Source of the DNA: Octopus vulgaris
Lineage: Eukaryota
DNA length: 64,000 nt
Reading direction: 5' to 3'
Assembly (NCBI GenBank): GCA_951406725.2
Contig: OX597828.1
Location: 66,092,001 to 66,156,000, forward strand
Every line of letters begins with the position of its first letter. Within the stretch, counting starts at the first letter, position 1. Below, one piece after another: positions 1-11,865 of this stretch. The notes under the pieces were generated by a model. It saw nothing but the letters and a program-made list of their open reading frames with translations. It ran no database searches and was not told where the DNA came from. The translations under genes were made by a program, and so were the position numbers.

Positions 1-9
1 CTTTCATCC

Positions 10-312
10 AATTGCCCAGTGGTTAGGGCAGTGGACTCGCGGTCGGAGGTTCGCGGTTTTGATTCCCAGACTGGGCATTGTGAGTGTTTATTGAGCAAAA
101 ACATCTAAAGCTCCACGAGGCTCCAGCAGGGGGTGCTGGAGACCACCCGCTGTACTCTTTCTCTCACTCTTTCTTCCTGTTTCTTGTCCCTGACTTCCTA
201 CGCAACCGCTGAGCGTGGATGTGCATTCATCCATCCGTCGATGCTCTCGGTGTCGGGGGTTGACCTGCTTTCTCTTCTGCGGGTCTTACGAATAGCAAAG
301 GACCACGTTTTG
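10..312 (+). mobile_element. tRNA-derived SINE (family A)
   Basis: A-box/B-box-like head (cccagtggttagggcagtggactcgcggt...ggttttgattccc) followed by gtgtttattgagc...aaagctccacgagg, shared with copies at 645-946, 23096-23233 and 40850-41140. Confidence 0.75.
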
Positions 313-644
313 GGCTTCTCCCACTACAGAGGCGCGATCTTACGAGCTCTGGGATGAAGACCGCTTCGCTCAACAAACAAAGCAGCAGCATCAATGACGG
401 CAATAACAACTACCATGATTGCAACACACTGCCGTGGCCACCACCACTGTAGTTTTCAGTAGCAAAGCTCATTTCATTTCCTTGCTGTAGATGTATCCTT
501 ACTCTGACAACTCTCTCTCTCTCTCTCTCTCTTTCTCAATGTAACTGCCTTCCCTGTCCATCGCTCTCTCTCTCTCAATGTAACTGCTTCCCCTGCACAT
601 CTCTATCTGCCTTTCTTTAACTTAACCACCCAGAACTAAACACA

Positions 645-946
645 TCTCTGACCGTGACCGACCAGGCTATCAGATGTTGCTACACATCGCTGGTCACAAT
701 GCACTTCGCATTGTTTTAGCCTTCAAATGTCGCCGCCCTGCTGGCTGAGTGAGCAGGCCAACAGAAGAAAGCGAGAGAAATTTGTGGCGAAAGAGTACAG
801 CAGGGATTGCCACCACCCCTGCCAGAGCCTCGTGGAGCTTTAGGTGTTTTCGCTCAATAAACACTCACAACGCCCAGTCCGGGAATTGAAGTCGCGATCC
901 TACAACCGCGAGTCCACTGCCCTAACCACTGGGCCATTGCGCCTCC
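645..946 (-). mobile_element. tRNA-derived SINE (family A)
   Basis: Reverse-complement tRNA-like head ggaggcgcaatggcccagtggttagggcag at the right end, abutting (TA)n. Confidence 0.8.
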
Positions 947-947
947 A

Positions 948-965
948 CATATATATATGTATATA

Positions 966-1020
<55 letters not shown>
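948..1020. repeat. (TA)n microsatellite
   Basis: Direct reading. Confidence 0.95.
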
Positions 1021-1023
<3 letters not shown>

Positions 1024-1074
1024 CTGGTGCAGAATTGTAATGAAAATACATATTGAGAACTTCCATATGGTGCT

Positions 1075-1412
1075 CTTAAACATTGTAGCCAAATACCAAG
1101 AAAGCCAAAAAAATCAGAACTACAAAAAAACTGTTCTCATGGGTACTGCCTACATCCTAAGAAAAACATTGTCAATCTGAAAATATCTCTTAAAACTCTT
1201 TCAAAACTCAAGTATTACAAATTTAACAGAATCTTAGTTCTCAGATTCTGGACTCCTTCTCCTTCAATATATTATTGACTGTCATACGTAACAAGGAATA
1301 GTAAAACATCCATTTGCTGTTACAGGAGTCTCTGGGTGAAACGTGGAACAGCTTGTATAAAACAAAGTAACAACAATGTAAATAAATAAATAATAATAAT
1401 AACAACAACAAC
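1075..1412 (+). mobile_element. R4/Dong-like LINE 3' end
   Basis: Frameshifted ...ELQK/TVLMGTAYILRKTLSI-stop resembles the R4/Dong C-terminal motif (QK.VLLGT..ILRK); ends in a (TAA)/(CAA) tail. Confidence 0.55.
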
Positions 1413-1946
1413 TGTAGGTTAGTGGCTGAATATAGCTGAAGTGGCAAAAGAAAATTATGACTGGCAGAAAAAATGATTTAAGAATGTCCTCAGCAGTCAC
1501 GCCCCATGTTTCACTGCCATGTAGCATGACTGTTCGTACGCATGCGTCGTACAGTCTACCTTTTTACTCTGTTTGAATTACATAATAGTGGTTTTTCTCT
1601 CTCTATATATATATAGAGTGTGAAATTTGATTTAATACTAAATTGAATTTTTCCCTGTAAGTTTGGAGTTATACTCTCTAATATTATTATTATTATATAT
1701 ACATATATATATATGTATGTGTGTGTGTATGTACGTATATATATATATACACACACACACACATATGTATGTATGTATACGCACACACATATGAAATTAA
1801 AGTTTAGAATGACCCAATGTCTGTATATAATCTGTATACATATAATTATAGATTGACTCAATTGAAAGCATTGAAATGGAAATTACTGATCAAAAGGAAA
1901 CATAAGAACAGATTAGAAAAAAAAATGGTAGGAATCGTATGCTTAC

Positions 1947-2031
1947 AGGTGAAGTTGAACCCAAGGCAAAGCAAGCAAGAGTACTGGCACTGGACAGATC
2001 AATAAGGAGAATCAAACAGGGAAATGCCTCA
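1947..2031 (-). CDS. HMGCR: HMG-CoA reductase, fourth coding exon (85 bp)
   Basis: ttttacag acceptor, GTAAGC donor. Reads EAFPCLILLIDLSSASTLACFALGSTSP, homologous to human [28 protein letters not shown]; 85 bp as human exon 5. The rest of the gene lies left of the window. Confidence 0.93.
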
Positions 2032-3071
2032 CTGTAAAAGAAAGAAACATATTTTATACAAATTATATAAAGTGAATAAATGAAAAACAAACATACCAAT
2101 CACATTTAAAGCAGCCATAAAAATTGTATGGAATTCTGCTCATTAATTTATCCAGAAAAATTGCTGTTTTGTAGCTTTGTCAGAACCAAGAGCCACTCTC
2201 TTAGACAATATCTTTAAGAAGTGGCACGTAAAAGCACCCACTACACTCTCGGAGTGGTTGGCGTTAGGAAGGGCATATGTGGAGCATATAGAGCCATCTC
2301 AGAAATGTTGGGTATGAGCAGTAAATGGCAGTTTATAGTGATTCATTTACTGTGAAGAGGGTATACATTAGTATATTTTCATAGCTACTGTTATTGTATT
2401 ACTCTGGCAATCAACTGATCCATTTCACCAGATATGCCATACCTCAGCTTAACTAAAGAGTATACAGTATGTCTCTAACACAGAGGCTTTACTAAACAGA
2501 CTGTAGAGTTGCAATGTGGGTAAGTTACATTCCTTGTCTTACCTGGCTGTGGATTTGGTGGTAGCCACCATAAACATGGGTAAAGTAAACTAAAAAAACA
2601 AGGTAGTTGCTGCTCTTATCAAGCCATATATCAGTTTACCAGTCTTGTTTCTATAACTGTGTTGGTATGAGTGAGAGAGAAGTTTGAAAGGCTTGGCTAG
2701 AACAAGTGCTAATTTGGGCAATATATTGTCTCAGGATAATGTTTAGATTCTATTTAAATCCTATTTTTCAAGGAGCAGACAAAATACTTAAATTGGTGGC
2801 AAAGAGACTGAGTTAATTTATTAGTAAGAAGAGTATATAATTTGAATTTAAGCATGTGGTTGTATATAGTAAAAATTAGAAAATACAAAATGTGAAACTA
2901 AAATAATAATCATAAATCTTAAACAGTAGATAAAACTTTACAATTTCAAAAAATTGTTGCTTAAGGTCTTCACTTCCAAACTTCAAAACCATAACTTTTA
3001 CACACACACACAATCAAGCAGTGCTAAGTACTATTTGTGAAATATATTTATAAAACTGATCAACTAAAGGT

Positions 3072-3380
3072 GATGTGTTTTAAGAAGTTTGCTTCCCAAC
3101 CACATGGTTCTGGGTTCAGTCCCACTACAAGGCACCTTGGGCAAGTGTCTTCTATTATAGCTTCAGACTGACTAAAGCCTTGTGAGTAGATTTGATAGAC
3201 AGAAGCTGAAAAAAGCCCATTGTGTGTGTGTTTACATCCCTGTAACTTAGCAGTTTGGCAAATGAGACCGTTAGAATAAGTACTGAGCTTTACAAAAAAA
3301 AACTAATTACTGGGATTGGTAAGTTCAACTAAAATTCTTCAAGGAAGTGCCCCAGCATGACTAGAACAAATAAAAGATAA
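3072..3380 (+). mobile_element. tRNA-derived SINE (family B)
   Basis: accacatggttctgggttcagtcccact...gcaccttgggcaagtgtcttctattatagc; shared with 9540-9923 (-), 35933-36316 (+) and a partial copy at 15110-15310 (+). Confidence 0.8.
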
Positions 3381-3602
3381 AGGGCAAATCATAACTTTAA
3401 GTGCAACTTTTTTCCAAAATTAACAAAAATAACGGAAACAGTAGAAGGAAATGGGGGGGGGGAGAAAGAAAACTCTAAATTCCTTTCAATGAGAATATTC
3501 TATCAAGACATCAGAAATTTGACTGTTATAAAAAGACATTTTCAACAGACATTTCTTCTATTTACAGTGAGAAGGCTCATCAGAATTATTTCTTTACCTT
3601 AA

Positions 3603-3767
3603 CCCTTTTGTTACTGTATTATTTTGAGATACTCTGTGTTTCTTTCAATTACTTTAAATATAACAAAGAATTTAGTAAAATAACTTAGTTATCATTAAGC
3701 TGATGTTAGGAACATAAATTTTACCACAGAGCCAGAGCCAGTTTTGGCTGGATTAGTAACAAAAGGG
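3603..3767. mobile_element. piggyBac-like MITE
   Basis: TTAA|CCCTTTTGTTAC...GTAACAAAAGGG|TTAA terminal inverted repeats with TTAA target duplication. Confidence 0.8.
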
Positions 3768-3908
3768 TTAAGTGAGTTATATAAAAATGTATTTGAAAGG
3801 AAACGGTTCATGTCAGTTTTCCATCTGTTTAATGTGTATTGAACGTGATAGGATCTGTATTTTCATTGAATAAAACAATGGTAAAGATCATATCAGCAAC
3901 ATGTTTAA

Positions 3909-4058
3909 CCCTTTTGATACCAACCTACCTGAGATCCTCCTGGTTCTGTGACACAAATTTATTGTTTTAAATTGATCTAAATTACAATCTTCCATTAAAA
4001 CTGTACGTCTGTTTTTTCAGACCAGCTTAATAATGACAAAGATATTTTACTAAAAGGG
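3909..4058. mobile_element. piggyBac-like MITE (degenerate)
   Basis: TTAA|CCCTTTTGATAC...TAAAAGGG|TTAG. Confidence 0.65.
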
Positions 4059-4221
4059 TTAGAGTAAAAGCTACAGCCGAGAAATGACTATTGTTTATGA
4101 ACTTCATAGCTTCAGAATTAAAACACAAGAAAGAAAATCACACACACAAATACATACATGTTTTTTTTTTATGTTGATTTGTAATAAAAACAATTTAACA
4201 TTCAGCTGAAGAATTACTTAA

Positions 4222-4393
4222 CCCTTTTGTTACCAACCCGGTTGAAACTGGCTCTGGCTCTGAATACAAGTCACAACTTATGTTCCTAACACTAGCTGAA
4301 TGATAATTAAGTTATTTTAGTAAATTCTTTGTTGTATTTAAAGTAATTGAAAGAAACACAGAGCATCTCAAAATAAATACAGTAAGGAAAGGG
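4222..4393. mobile_element. piggyBac-like MITE, inverted relative to 3603-3767
   Basis: TTAA|CCCTTTTGTTAC...AAAGGG|TTAA; interior is the reverse complement of the 3603 copy. Confidence 0.8.
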
Positions 4394-5904
4394 TTAATAC
4401 TTTTTGTGATTTTACATGAAGATTAGTGACAGTGACTTGGAAGTTTCCGTTTGCTAGCTTTTGCCAGACTATCAAATGAAGGCATGCAGGCCAAAATTTC
4501 CAAGTCACTATTACCACTTTCTTGTAAAAGTATAAGACAACAACAGCAACAACCACACACATACACACACACAGAATCATTATCATCATTTAATGTCCAT
4601 TTTCCATGCTGGCATGGGTTGGATAGTTTGACAGGAGCTAGCAAGCCAGAGGACTGCACCAGGCCTTGACTGTCTGATTTGGCATGGGTTTCACAGCTGG
4701 ATGCCCTTCCAAATACCAACCACTCTATAGCGTGGACTGGATGCACCAGCACTGGCAGGGCCACCAAATAACTTGCAAGACGAACACCTTTTGAAAGGGT
4801 GGGTATTGGAGGAGGTGGCCTTGTACCAAAAGGACAGAAACAGGTGTCTTGCAGTAGAGGAAATACATGGTTACCCTAGTCCAAGTGGGGTAGAGAGACA
4901 GAATGAAAAAGAGCGGGTGTGGAAGAGAGTGAAAGTGTGAGAGCACAAGAGATAGCAAGGGTGAAAGAAAGAGAGAGAGAGATGATGGCAATGTGACAGA
5001 GCATAATCGTAAGGTAAGCAGGATGCGAATACAAATGGGATGGTAGAGTATTGGCAAGGGTGTATGGGGTCCACATAAACGCAACGGTGTGTGTGTGGGG
5101 GGGGGTTGCGGTGACTGGTGAAACCTGGGTGTATACAAGAGATGGGGGAACCAGATAGCAATGGTACAGTAAGCAGGTCAGTGAGGACAGGATTGGGCTG
5201 CAGGAGTGGGGCAGGGAGAGATGAGCATAATGCCTGAAAAAGCGGAAATGTGACGAAGAGAAGAGGGGATGTAGTTTGGTCTATTGGGGTAGGAAGAAGA
5301 AATTCTATATATATATATATGATGCATTTAATTTCCAGTTTTTAAAACTTTATTTTGATACTTTGTATGTGAAAATGTTTTCGAACTACATGAACTCTGA
5401 GTCAGAGATGTTGATTTTGTATTCCAGTGTCACATAATAACCGAAGATAATGATTAATTCAGTAAGAAAATGGGAATTTTGAACACTGGCTCATGATCTA
5501 AATTTGGAAGAAGTAGAGTCAACGTAATCAAAACTGGTCTCTTTTATCTTATCATTTAATGTCCGCTTTCCATGCTAGCATGGGTCTTTTATCTTATTAT
5601 TTACTTGTTTCTGTCATTGGGCTGTGGCCATGCTGGGGCACTGCCTCGAAGGGTTTAGTCAAAGAAATTTACCACAGTACTTATTTTTAATTTTGAGCCT
5701 GATAATTATTCTATTGGTCTCTTTTGCTGAATTGCTAAGTTATAGGAACATAAACAAACCGACACTGATGATGGAGGACAAATACACATACACATATATT
5801 CACATATGTATGAGTGTGTATGTATGTAGATATATGTGTGTGTGTGTGTGTATACATATGTATGTTTCTGTGTATATATGTATATATGTGTGTGTGTATA
5901 TATA

Positions 5905-6225
5905 TCATCATCATCGTTTAACGTCCGTTTTCCATGCTAGCATGGGTTGGCTGGTTCGACCGGGGTCTGGGAAGCCAGGAGGCTGCACCAGACTCCAGTC
6001 TGATCTGGCAATGTTTCTACAGCTGAATGCCCTTCCTAACACAGACCACTCCCTGAGTATAGTGGGTGTTTTTTACGTGCCAGCAGCACAGGTGCCAGTG
6101 GGGGCTGGCAACAGCCACGATCGGTTGATGCTTTTTACGTACCACCGGCACGGAAGGCAATCAACCATATACAGATGGTGCTTTTTACGTGCCACTGGCA
6201 CAGGTGCCAGGAGGCTGGCAACAGC
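5905..6225 (-). mobile_element. RTE-LINE-derived 3' UTR repeat with (GAT)n tail; representative of about 20 copies in the window
   Basis: catcatcgtttaacgtccgttttccatgctagcatgggttgg...gcccttcctaac...gtagtgggtg...tttttacgtgcc recurs at ~4580, 11555, 13150, 15365, 21862, 22563, 27205, 27832, 29415, 29800, 30943, 31908, 34925, 35095, 38205, 40560 and 43640, in both orientations. At 40300-40782 it directly follows an RTE ORF terminus. Confidence 0.85.
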
Positions 6226-6228
6226 CTA

Positions 6229-6270
<42 letters not shown>

Positions 6271-6870
6271 CACAGATGGAATTTATAAATATTATAATGC
6301 ATCACTATGTGCGTTTTCCCAAGTCACATGTTTCTTAAGATCATAGTCCATATCCCTGGGATAATTACAGTTGAGCCCAAAGTATCCCTGGACATCAGGC
6401 AGATCATGTTCATGCCTTCATTTCTTTAGGTGATATGGCATTAGCAACTACAGGTTGTTTATCAATTTTGACCAAGGAAAAGATTGATTAGAGTATGAGG
6501 CGATGGAAGGAGAGGAAGGAATGGTATTTGTAAGGAGATGGAGGCATGTGAGGTGATGTTGGACTTATTTTGGTATCTGCGTATGCAGATGTCAAGTTGT
6601 CCTGACTGCCTTGCTGATTCTGCCGTCCATTGTCATTATTCATTCAGAAAACAAACACAAGAAAATGTTGAGATAATAAAAAGAAAAATAATGTAAAGAT
6701 TAGTTATTGTTGCATTAATTATTATATTAATTATAATGCTACATGAATAAATAAATGTCTGAGAAGCATTGTTAATAAGCTTGTAAGTTTTCAGGATATT
6801 ACACTCTCATTGTTGGAGATGAAACATTTTTTAAAATATATATATTAGCAACAAAGGCAGTATCAATACC

Positions 6871-7100
6871 TATTTCTCTACTACTCACAAGGGGCTAAAC
6901 ACAAAGGGGACAAACAAGGACAGACACATGGATTAAGTCGATTATATTGACCCCAGTGCGCAACTGGTACTTATTTAATCAACCCCAAAAGGATGAAAAG
7001 CAAAGTCGACCCCAGCAGAATTTGAACTCAGAACGTAACGGCAGACGATATACGCATTTCGCCCGGCGTGCTAAAGTTTCTGCCAGTTCGCCGCCACTTG
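6871..7100 (-). mobile_element. tRNA-derived SINE (family C) with 11-bp TSD
   Basis: Head ggcggcgaactggcagaaactttagcacgccgggcgaaatgc; flanked by GTATCAATACC at 6860-6870 and 7101-7111. Confidence 0.85.
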
Positions 7101-7461
7101 GTATCAATACCAAGAGTTAATATTTATCCCCACTTATACATGGATGTTCTGTTGGAACAAACTACACTGCAATAGATATCACGAGGGGGAAATTCACGTA
7201 TTGGCACTTGGTGCAAAATGCACTCCAGCAATATAAACAAGAATGCATTTTACATGAAAAGCCAATACGAGAGTTTTTCTCATGGTACTTACTACAGTAC
7301 TGTTTGTTCTAACAGAACAGCCATGTTTACCATTTTTTAAAAATATTCACACCCCTCTCCCCCACTATGTCTCAACAACAACAAAAACACATATATGGAC
7401 ACTTGATATATGTAAAATATTGGGTTTAGACAGGTAGCTAAATTGCTTCCACTCTCTCAGT

Positions 7462-7803
7462 TGAGACCCCCTTCAGTCATGACTGACCGTGGGATTGCAC
7501 CTAGAAAGTTACCCTCCCAGGCACAAGTCCGGGCAAGGTTGTTTATGGAAGACCAGTGGTCGCCCATGCATACCAGCCTCTCCTCTCCACGCCACTAGTG
7601 TTATCCAAGGGAAAGGCAAAGGGGCTGATACAGCTTGGCACCAGTGACGTTGCAACTCATTTCTACAGCTGAGTGAACTGGAGCAACGTGAAATAAAGTG
7701 TCTTGCTCAAGAACACAACACGCAACCCGGTCCGGGATTTGAACTCACAACCTCACTCACGATCGTAAGCTCGACACTCTAACCACTGAGCCATGCGCCT
7801 TCA
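7462..7803 (-). mobile_element. tRNA-derived SINE (family D) with TSD
   Basis: Head gaaggcgcatggctcagtggttagagtgtcgagc...gagttcaaatccc; flanks cactct(c/g)tcagt; homologue at 62884-63221. Confidence 0.85.
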
Positions 7804-7949
7804 CACTCTGTCAGTATCAATTAATTTAACTGGTCACATTATTTGAGTGAAAGTGCTTGTCATAAACAAATATTCTGTACATTTAGAGGATTACAATTTA
7901 GTTGATATTTAAAAAAAAAAAATTAAAAAGAACAATGAAAGTAACTTAC

Positions 7950-8037
7950 CTGAATCCAGTATGATCAATCTTAACCACGTTTAACACAGCAATACTAAAT
8001 AACAGGCTGGAGAACAGAGCAAACAATGCAGACACAG
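7950..8037 (-). CDS. HMGCR: HMG-CoA reductase, third coding exon (88 bp)
   Basis: atttcag acceptor, AG/GTAAGT donor. Reads (T)VSALFALFSSLLFSIAVLNVVKIDHTGF(S), homologous to human [30 protein letters not shown]; in frame with both neighbouring exons. Not in the ORF track. Confidence 0.92.
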
Positions 8038-9539
8038 CTGAAATAAATGAAAAACATAAGAAACATGAAGGATTGAACACTGAAATAAAGTGAAAAACTG
8101 AATTTTTCCCAAATAAATATTCTATTTATTTGCAAACTCTTTAGAATTCTAAATAATAATACAGTAGTGGAAATTATCTTTATTATTAAATGGTACTGTA
8201 AATTTGGAAATATGTATCTAAAAATTTCCCCGATATTGGGAATCAGGAAAATAAACTGTGGTGAATTTCTTATCTTAATCATTCAAACTGATAAACTCAA
8301 GTCAGTAAACTTAAGAGCCATTGAGATAAATCTAAAAAAAATATCTATCTCTCTTACAACTAGAGTTATTTTACAACTCTGACTCAGTAAAAACCAACAA
8401 CCTACATATACTCTAACCCCCTTTAATGCACCACTTCCTCTTGTCATCCTGTGTTTAACACTCCTAAAACTCTGTACTAAACTTTCTTTTATTTCTTTCC
8501 AGAATGTTTGGAACTCCCTGTTCGTATTTTTCAGACACACATCAACCTATGTAGGCTCACTTTGAATATGACCAGCACGGGCCTCACCAATCTGGGTTAG
8601 CTGTCCTATTTGTGACCATCGCTTCAGACAAAATAAGATAGAGAAAAACAGTTTTTTTGATTTTTTATTGTTGCAGGTAACATGTTTTACAAAAGAAAGT
8701 CAGAGTTACTCTTTGACACTGAAGAAAGCAGCAAAATCTCGGACTGAATAATGCTGGAATTTTTTTTTTTCTTTGCATCAACTATAGTGTTTAGAGTTAA
8801 CCCTCCTTTCCTAACTATAACATTTTGTTGTGCTAATCTATTATTAATAATAATTTCTATTAAGCAAACTTTTATTGGAAGAGAATATAGTCCATTGCAA
8901 TCATCCTGGTATATTACTGGTAGTTTTACATATTCTTAGGCAACAAAAGACAAAGTTAACATTGCTCATTCTGCTGTTAATTGTAGCTAGAAAATATCAC
9001 CATCATCGTCATCATCATACCAAATCCTAGGAGTGTAGAAGTAATATTAATTAGTGAATAAAGCACTAGATTACTAATATCATCAGCCATAATTTATAAA
9101 ATGCTACCAGCATTTAGTTGAGTTTCAGGGTGGGGTGGCAGAGACCCACTGTTAGCAGCATAAGATGTTATCACTTTTCTGGTTTTATATAATTCTAGGA
9201 TTAATCCATAACATAAAATTCTGAAGCCACATTTCCATCCCTCCTCCAATACACACAAGAAAAATAAAACTTGAATAATGTTAAAAGTTTTTAACAGGAG
9301 ACTAACTAAATACAGACCTTTTGTTATATATTTGACTGTCTTTAGATGCAGAACTTACCTCCACATCAGCAATAAAAAAGTATTATAGTGTGAACTGCCC
9401 ACAAAACCACACCAGTCACTCGTTCATTTTCTAGCTGCCATAAACATTTCTATTTCTTTACAAATGTGGACAACTGTTGCGGTTGGTTTCAGGTTATAAA
9501 TCTAATTTTATGGCAACAAGACCAAAAAATGTGTGTGGT

Positions 9540-9923
9540 TCTTTTATTCTTTTATTTGCTTCAGCCATTTGACTGCAGCCATGCTGGAGCACCACCTTTA
9601 GTTGACCAAATCGACCCCAGGACTTATTCTTTGTAAGCCTAGTACTTATTCTATCGGTCTCTCTTGCCAAACTGCAAAGTGACGGTGACGTAAATACACC
9701 AGCATCGGTTGTCAAGCGATGTTGGGGGACAAACACATACACACATACATATACATATATACGACAGGCTTCTTTCAGTTTCCGTCTGCCAAATCCACCC
9801 ACAAGGCTTTGGTCGGCCTGGGGCTATAGTAGAAGACACTTGCCCAAGGTGCCACGCAGTGGGACTGAACCTGGAACCATGTGGTTGGTAAGCAAGCTAC
9901 TTACCACACAGCCACTCCTGCGC
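9540..9923 (-). mobile_element. tRNA-derived SINE (family B), near full length
   Basis: Reverse complement of gcgcaggagtggctgtgtggtaagtagcttgc...gcatggctgcagtcaaatggctgaag plus an A-rich tail. Confidence 0.85.
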
Positions 9924-10006
9924 ACTGCGAGTACATGAGTAAGAAAGAGGGGGAAGTAGACTGAAAATAGAAGAAAAGTGGTGGTAGTAGTAAGAGGAGT
10001 ACTCAC

Positions 10007-10118
10007 TCAGTAAATAATGGGATCCAATTTTCTTCAGATCCCGAAATTTCAAATAGAGAGACATAACAGCAACGTCTCTTGCTATTTTGATGCCAATTGT
10101 ACTGAAGGATTGCATTTT
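10007..10118 (-). CDS. HMGCR: HMG-CoA reductase, second coding exon (112 bp)
   Basis: tttctag acceptor (10120-10119), GTGAGT donor (10006-10001). Reads KMQSFSTIGIKIARDVAVMSLYLKFRDLKKIGSHYLL, homologous to human [37 protein letters not shown]; same length and phase as human exon 3. Confidence 0.92.
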
Positions 10119-10223
10119 CTAGAAAGTAAACAAAAAATTTATTTCAATACAATAATTAAAAGGTGAAAGGAAATAAAGGCCAAGAAAGCAGTATCGTGCT
10201 GTAATGGGAAAGTGTTTACTCAC

Positions 10224-10424
10224 ATCAATGTTAGAACATGCATAGTTCCAGCCACAGATTTTTACTTCACTTGAGTACATGGTCATTGACATGAAACACA
10301 GAGTCACTGTTAATGTCCCGATGATCACTTCCCATGGATGTAAGGCACAGAATTTGCCATAAGTCCAGAACATCGATTTTAACATCACACTAGCTACGTT
10401 TAGACTTCTTGTGAGTGCTACCAT
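10224..10424 (-). CDS. HMGCR: HMG-CoA reductase, first coding exon (TM1 of membrane/sterol-sensing domain)
   Basis: Translation MLKSMFWTYGKFCALHPWEVIIGTLTVTLCFMSMTMYSSEVKICGWNYAC aligns with human HMGCR [50 protein letters not shown]. Polypyrimidine tract plus AG acceptor at 10437-10436 (exon starts 10435 in the 5' UTR); GTGAGT donor at 10223-10218, phase 0. Confidence 0.95.
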
Positions 10425-10527
10425 TTTTCAAATTTCTAAAAATACAAAAGAGAAAAAAAATTGAATTTGTGTGCATATTTATCAAATTAAACATTACAAG
10501 ATCATTTGATAATAATTAAAAGGGAGT

Positions 10528-10925
10528 GAATCTTTTCGGTTTGAACGGCAGTTTTTTCTAGCGGTGTCATATGAAATTGTCACCCATAATTATGACCCTA
10601 GTATCGATCTATTGCATTTCAATCTGTTTTAGGGTTAGGGTTAGGGGAAAGAGTATCTTTTTTTCTTCAGAAATGTAAATAAACCCAATCTGTTTCATAT
10701 TCATACGGCACAGAATGTTTTCACCTCAATAGATGTCATTGATTTGTTGAAATTACAGAAATTGAAGAAAAAAAACAACAAATATCTTACAAACTATAGA
10801 ATTTTCTCAATAAAGCCAAGAGAAAAAGAGGTTTTATAAACACATTCTACCAGTATACGAAGTTTAAAAGTGTTTAGTTACGTGGAAATTATTTTAAAAA
10901 ACTGTCGGTCAAACCGAAAAGATCC
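10528..10925. mobile_element. ~400-bp MITE with GGATCTTTTCGGTTTGA TIRs, copy 1
   Basis: ~29-bp TIRs; flanks AAGGGAGT/AAGGCAGT (8-bp TSD, 1 mismatch); internal (TTAGGG)3. Confidence 0.9.
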
Positions 10926-11865
10926 AAGGCAGTTCTTATCAAAAAGAGAAATCAATGATATGAGTATGAATATGACTGTTATTGATTTAAACAAACAACA
11001 TACTGCTCATTTCAAATTCCCTATTATTGAAAACAGGAAAATGATAGTACCCAAGTGAATTACTGGTACACTAAATTTCCTACTAAATTCACCATCAATT
11101 AAGATGTTAGTTTCAGTACTCACACACTTCAGCAGATTTTGCACATAAAAGTCAACCCATGCCAGCATGGAAAACATGATGATGACGAAGTCAGAAGAAA
11201 TATGATAAATTTTAAATGTCACAGGTATCTTTAGTGTTACTAACTAGAGACTGTCTTCATGTTGTGGAACTTGGTGCTTCAATGAGTATTTAGTTATCTG
11301 ATCAACTGAATTACTATCTGACAAGCTTCGACATAGTTTTCACTTACTCAGTTTCAATCCCAGGACTTGGAGTGACCTGAGACTATGGTAAAAGACATCC
11401 AAGATATCACTCAGTGGGATCAAACGGAAGACTTTAGTTCTGTGAAGCGAACTGCTGAGCCATTTGGTCGCGTAGAGGTTGGCAAAATCAGTCTGGCCCA
11501 TCTCTCTTCATTAAAATTCATGACTACAAACTAATGAATCATTTGATTACAGTACTGCTACACTCATGGAGTGGTTGGCGTTAGGAAGGGCATCCAGCTG
11601 TAGAAACACTGCTAGATCAGACTGGGCCTGGTGCAGCCTCCTGGCTTCCCAGACCTCGGCCGAACCATCCAACCCATGCCAGCATGGAAAACGGACATTA
11701 AACAATGATGATGATGATTGAAGATGTCAAAGTCAGTAGCTTCACTGTATCTAAGATTGCATCTGACAAGACCTTCATTAATTATCTATACTAGACCCTT
11801 TATTAATTATCTGGACTACAATGTTAGTTGTCCGGTACCACATCCACATGATATCTGCACTCAAA

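Noticed and set aside
5624-6247. 207-aa ORF
   Set aside because: Chimera of SINE tail, (TA/TG)n and antisense RTE UTR; no protein-like signal.
10119-10223. C-terminal part (VSKHFPITARY...) of ORF 10119..10424
   Set aside because: Read-through into a 105-bp intron; homology stops at the GTGAGT donor.
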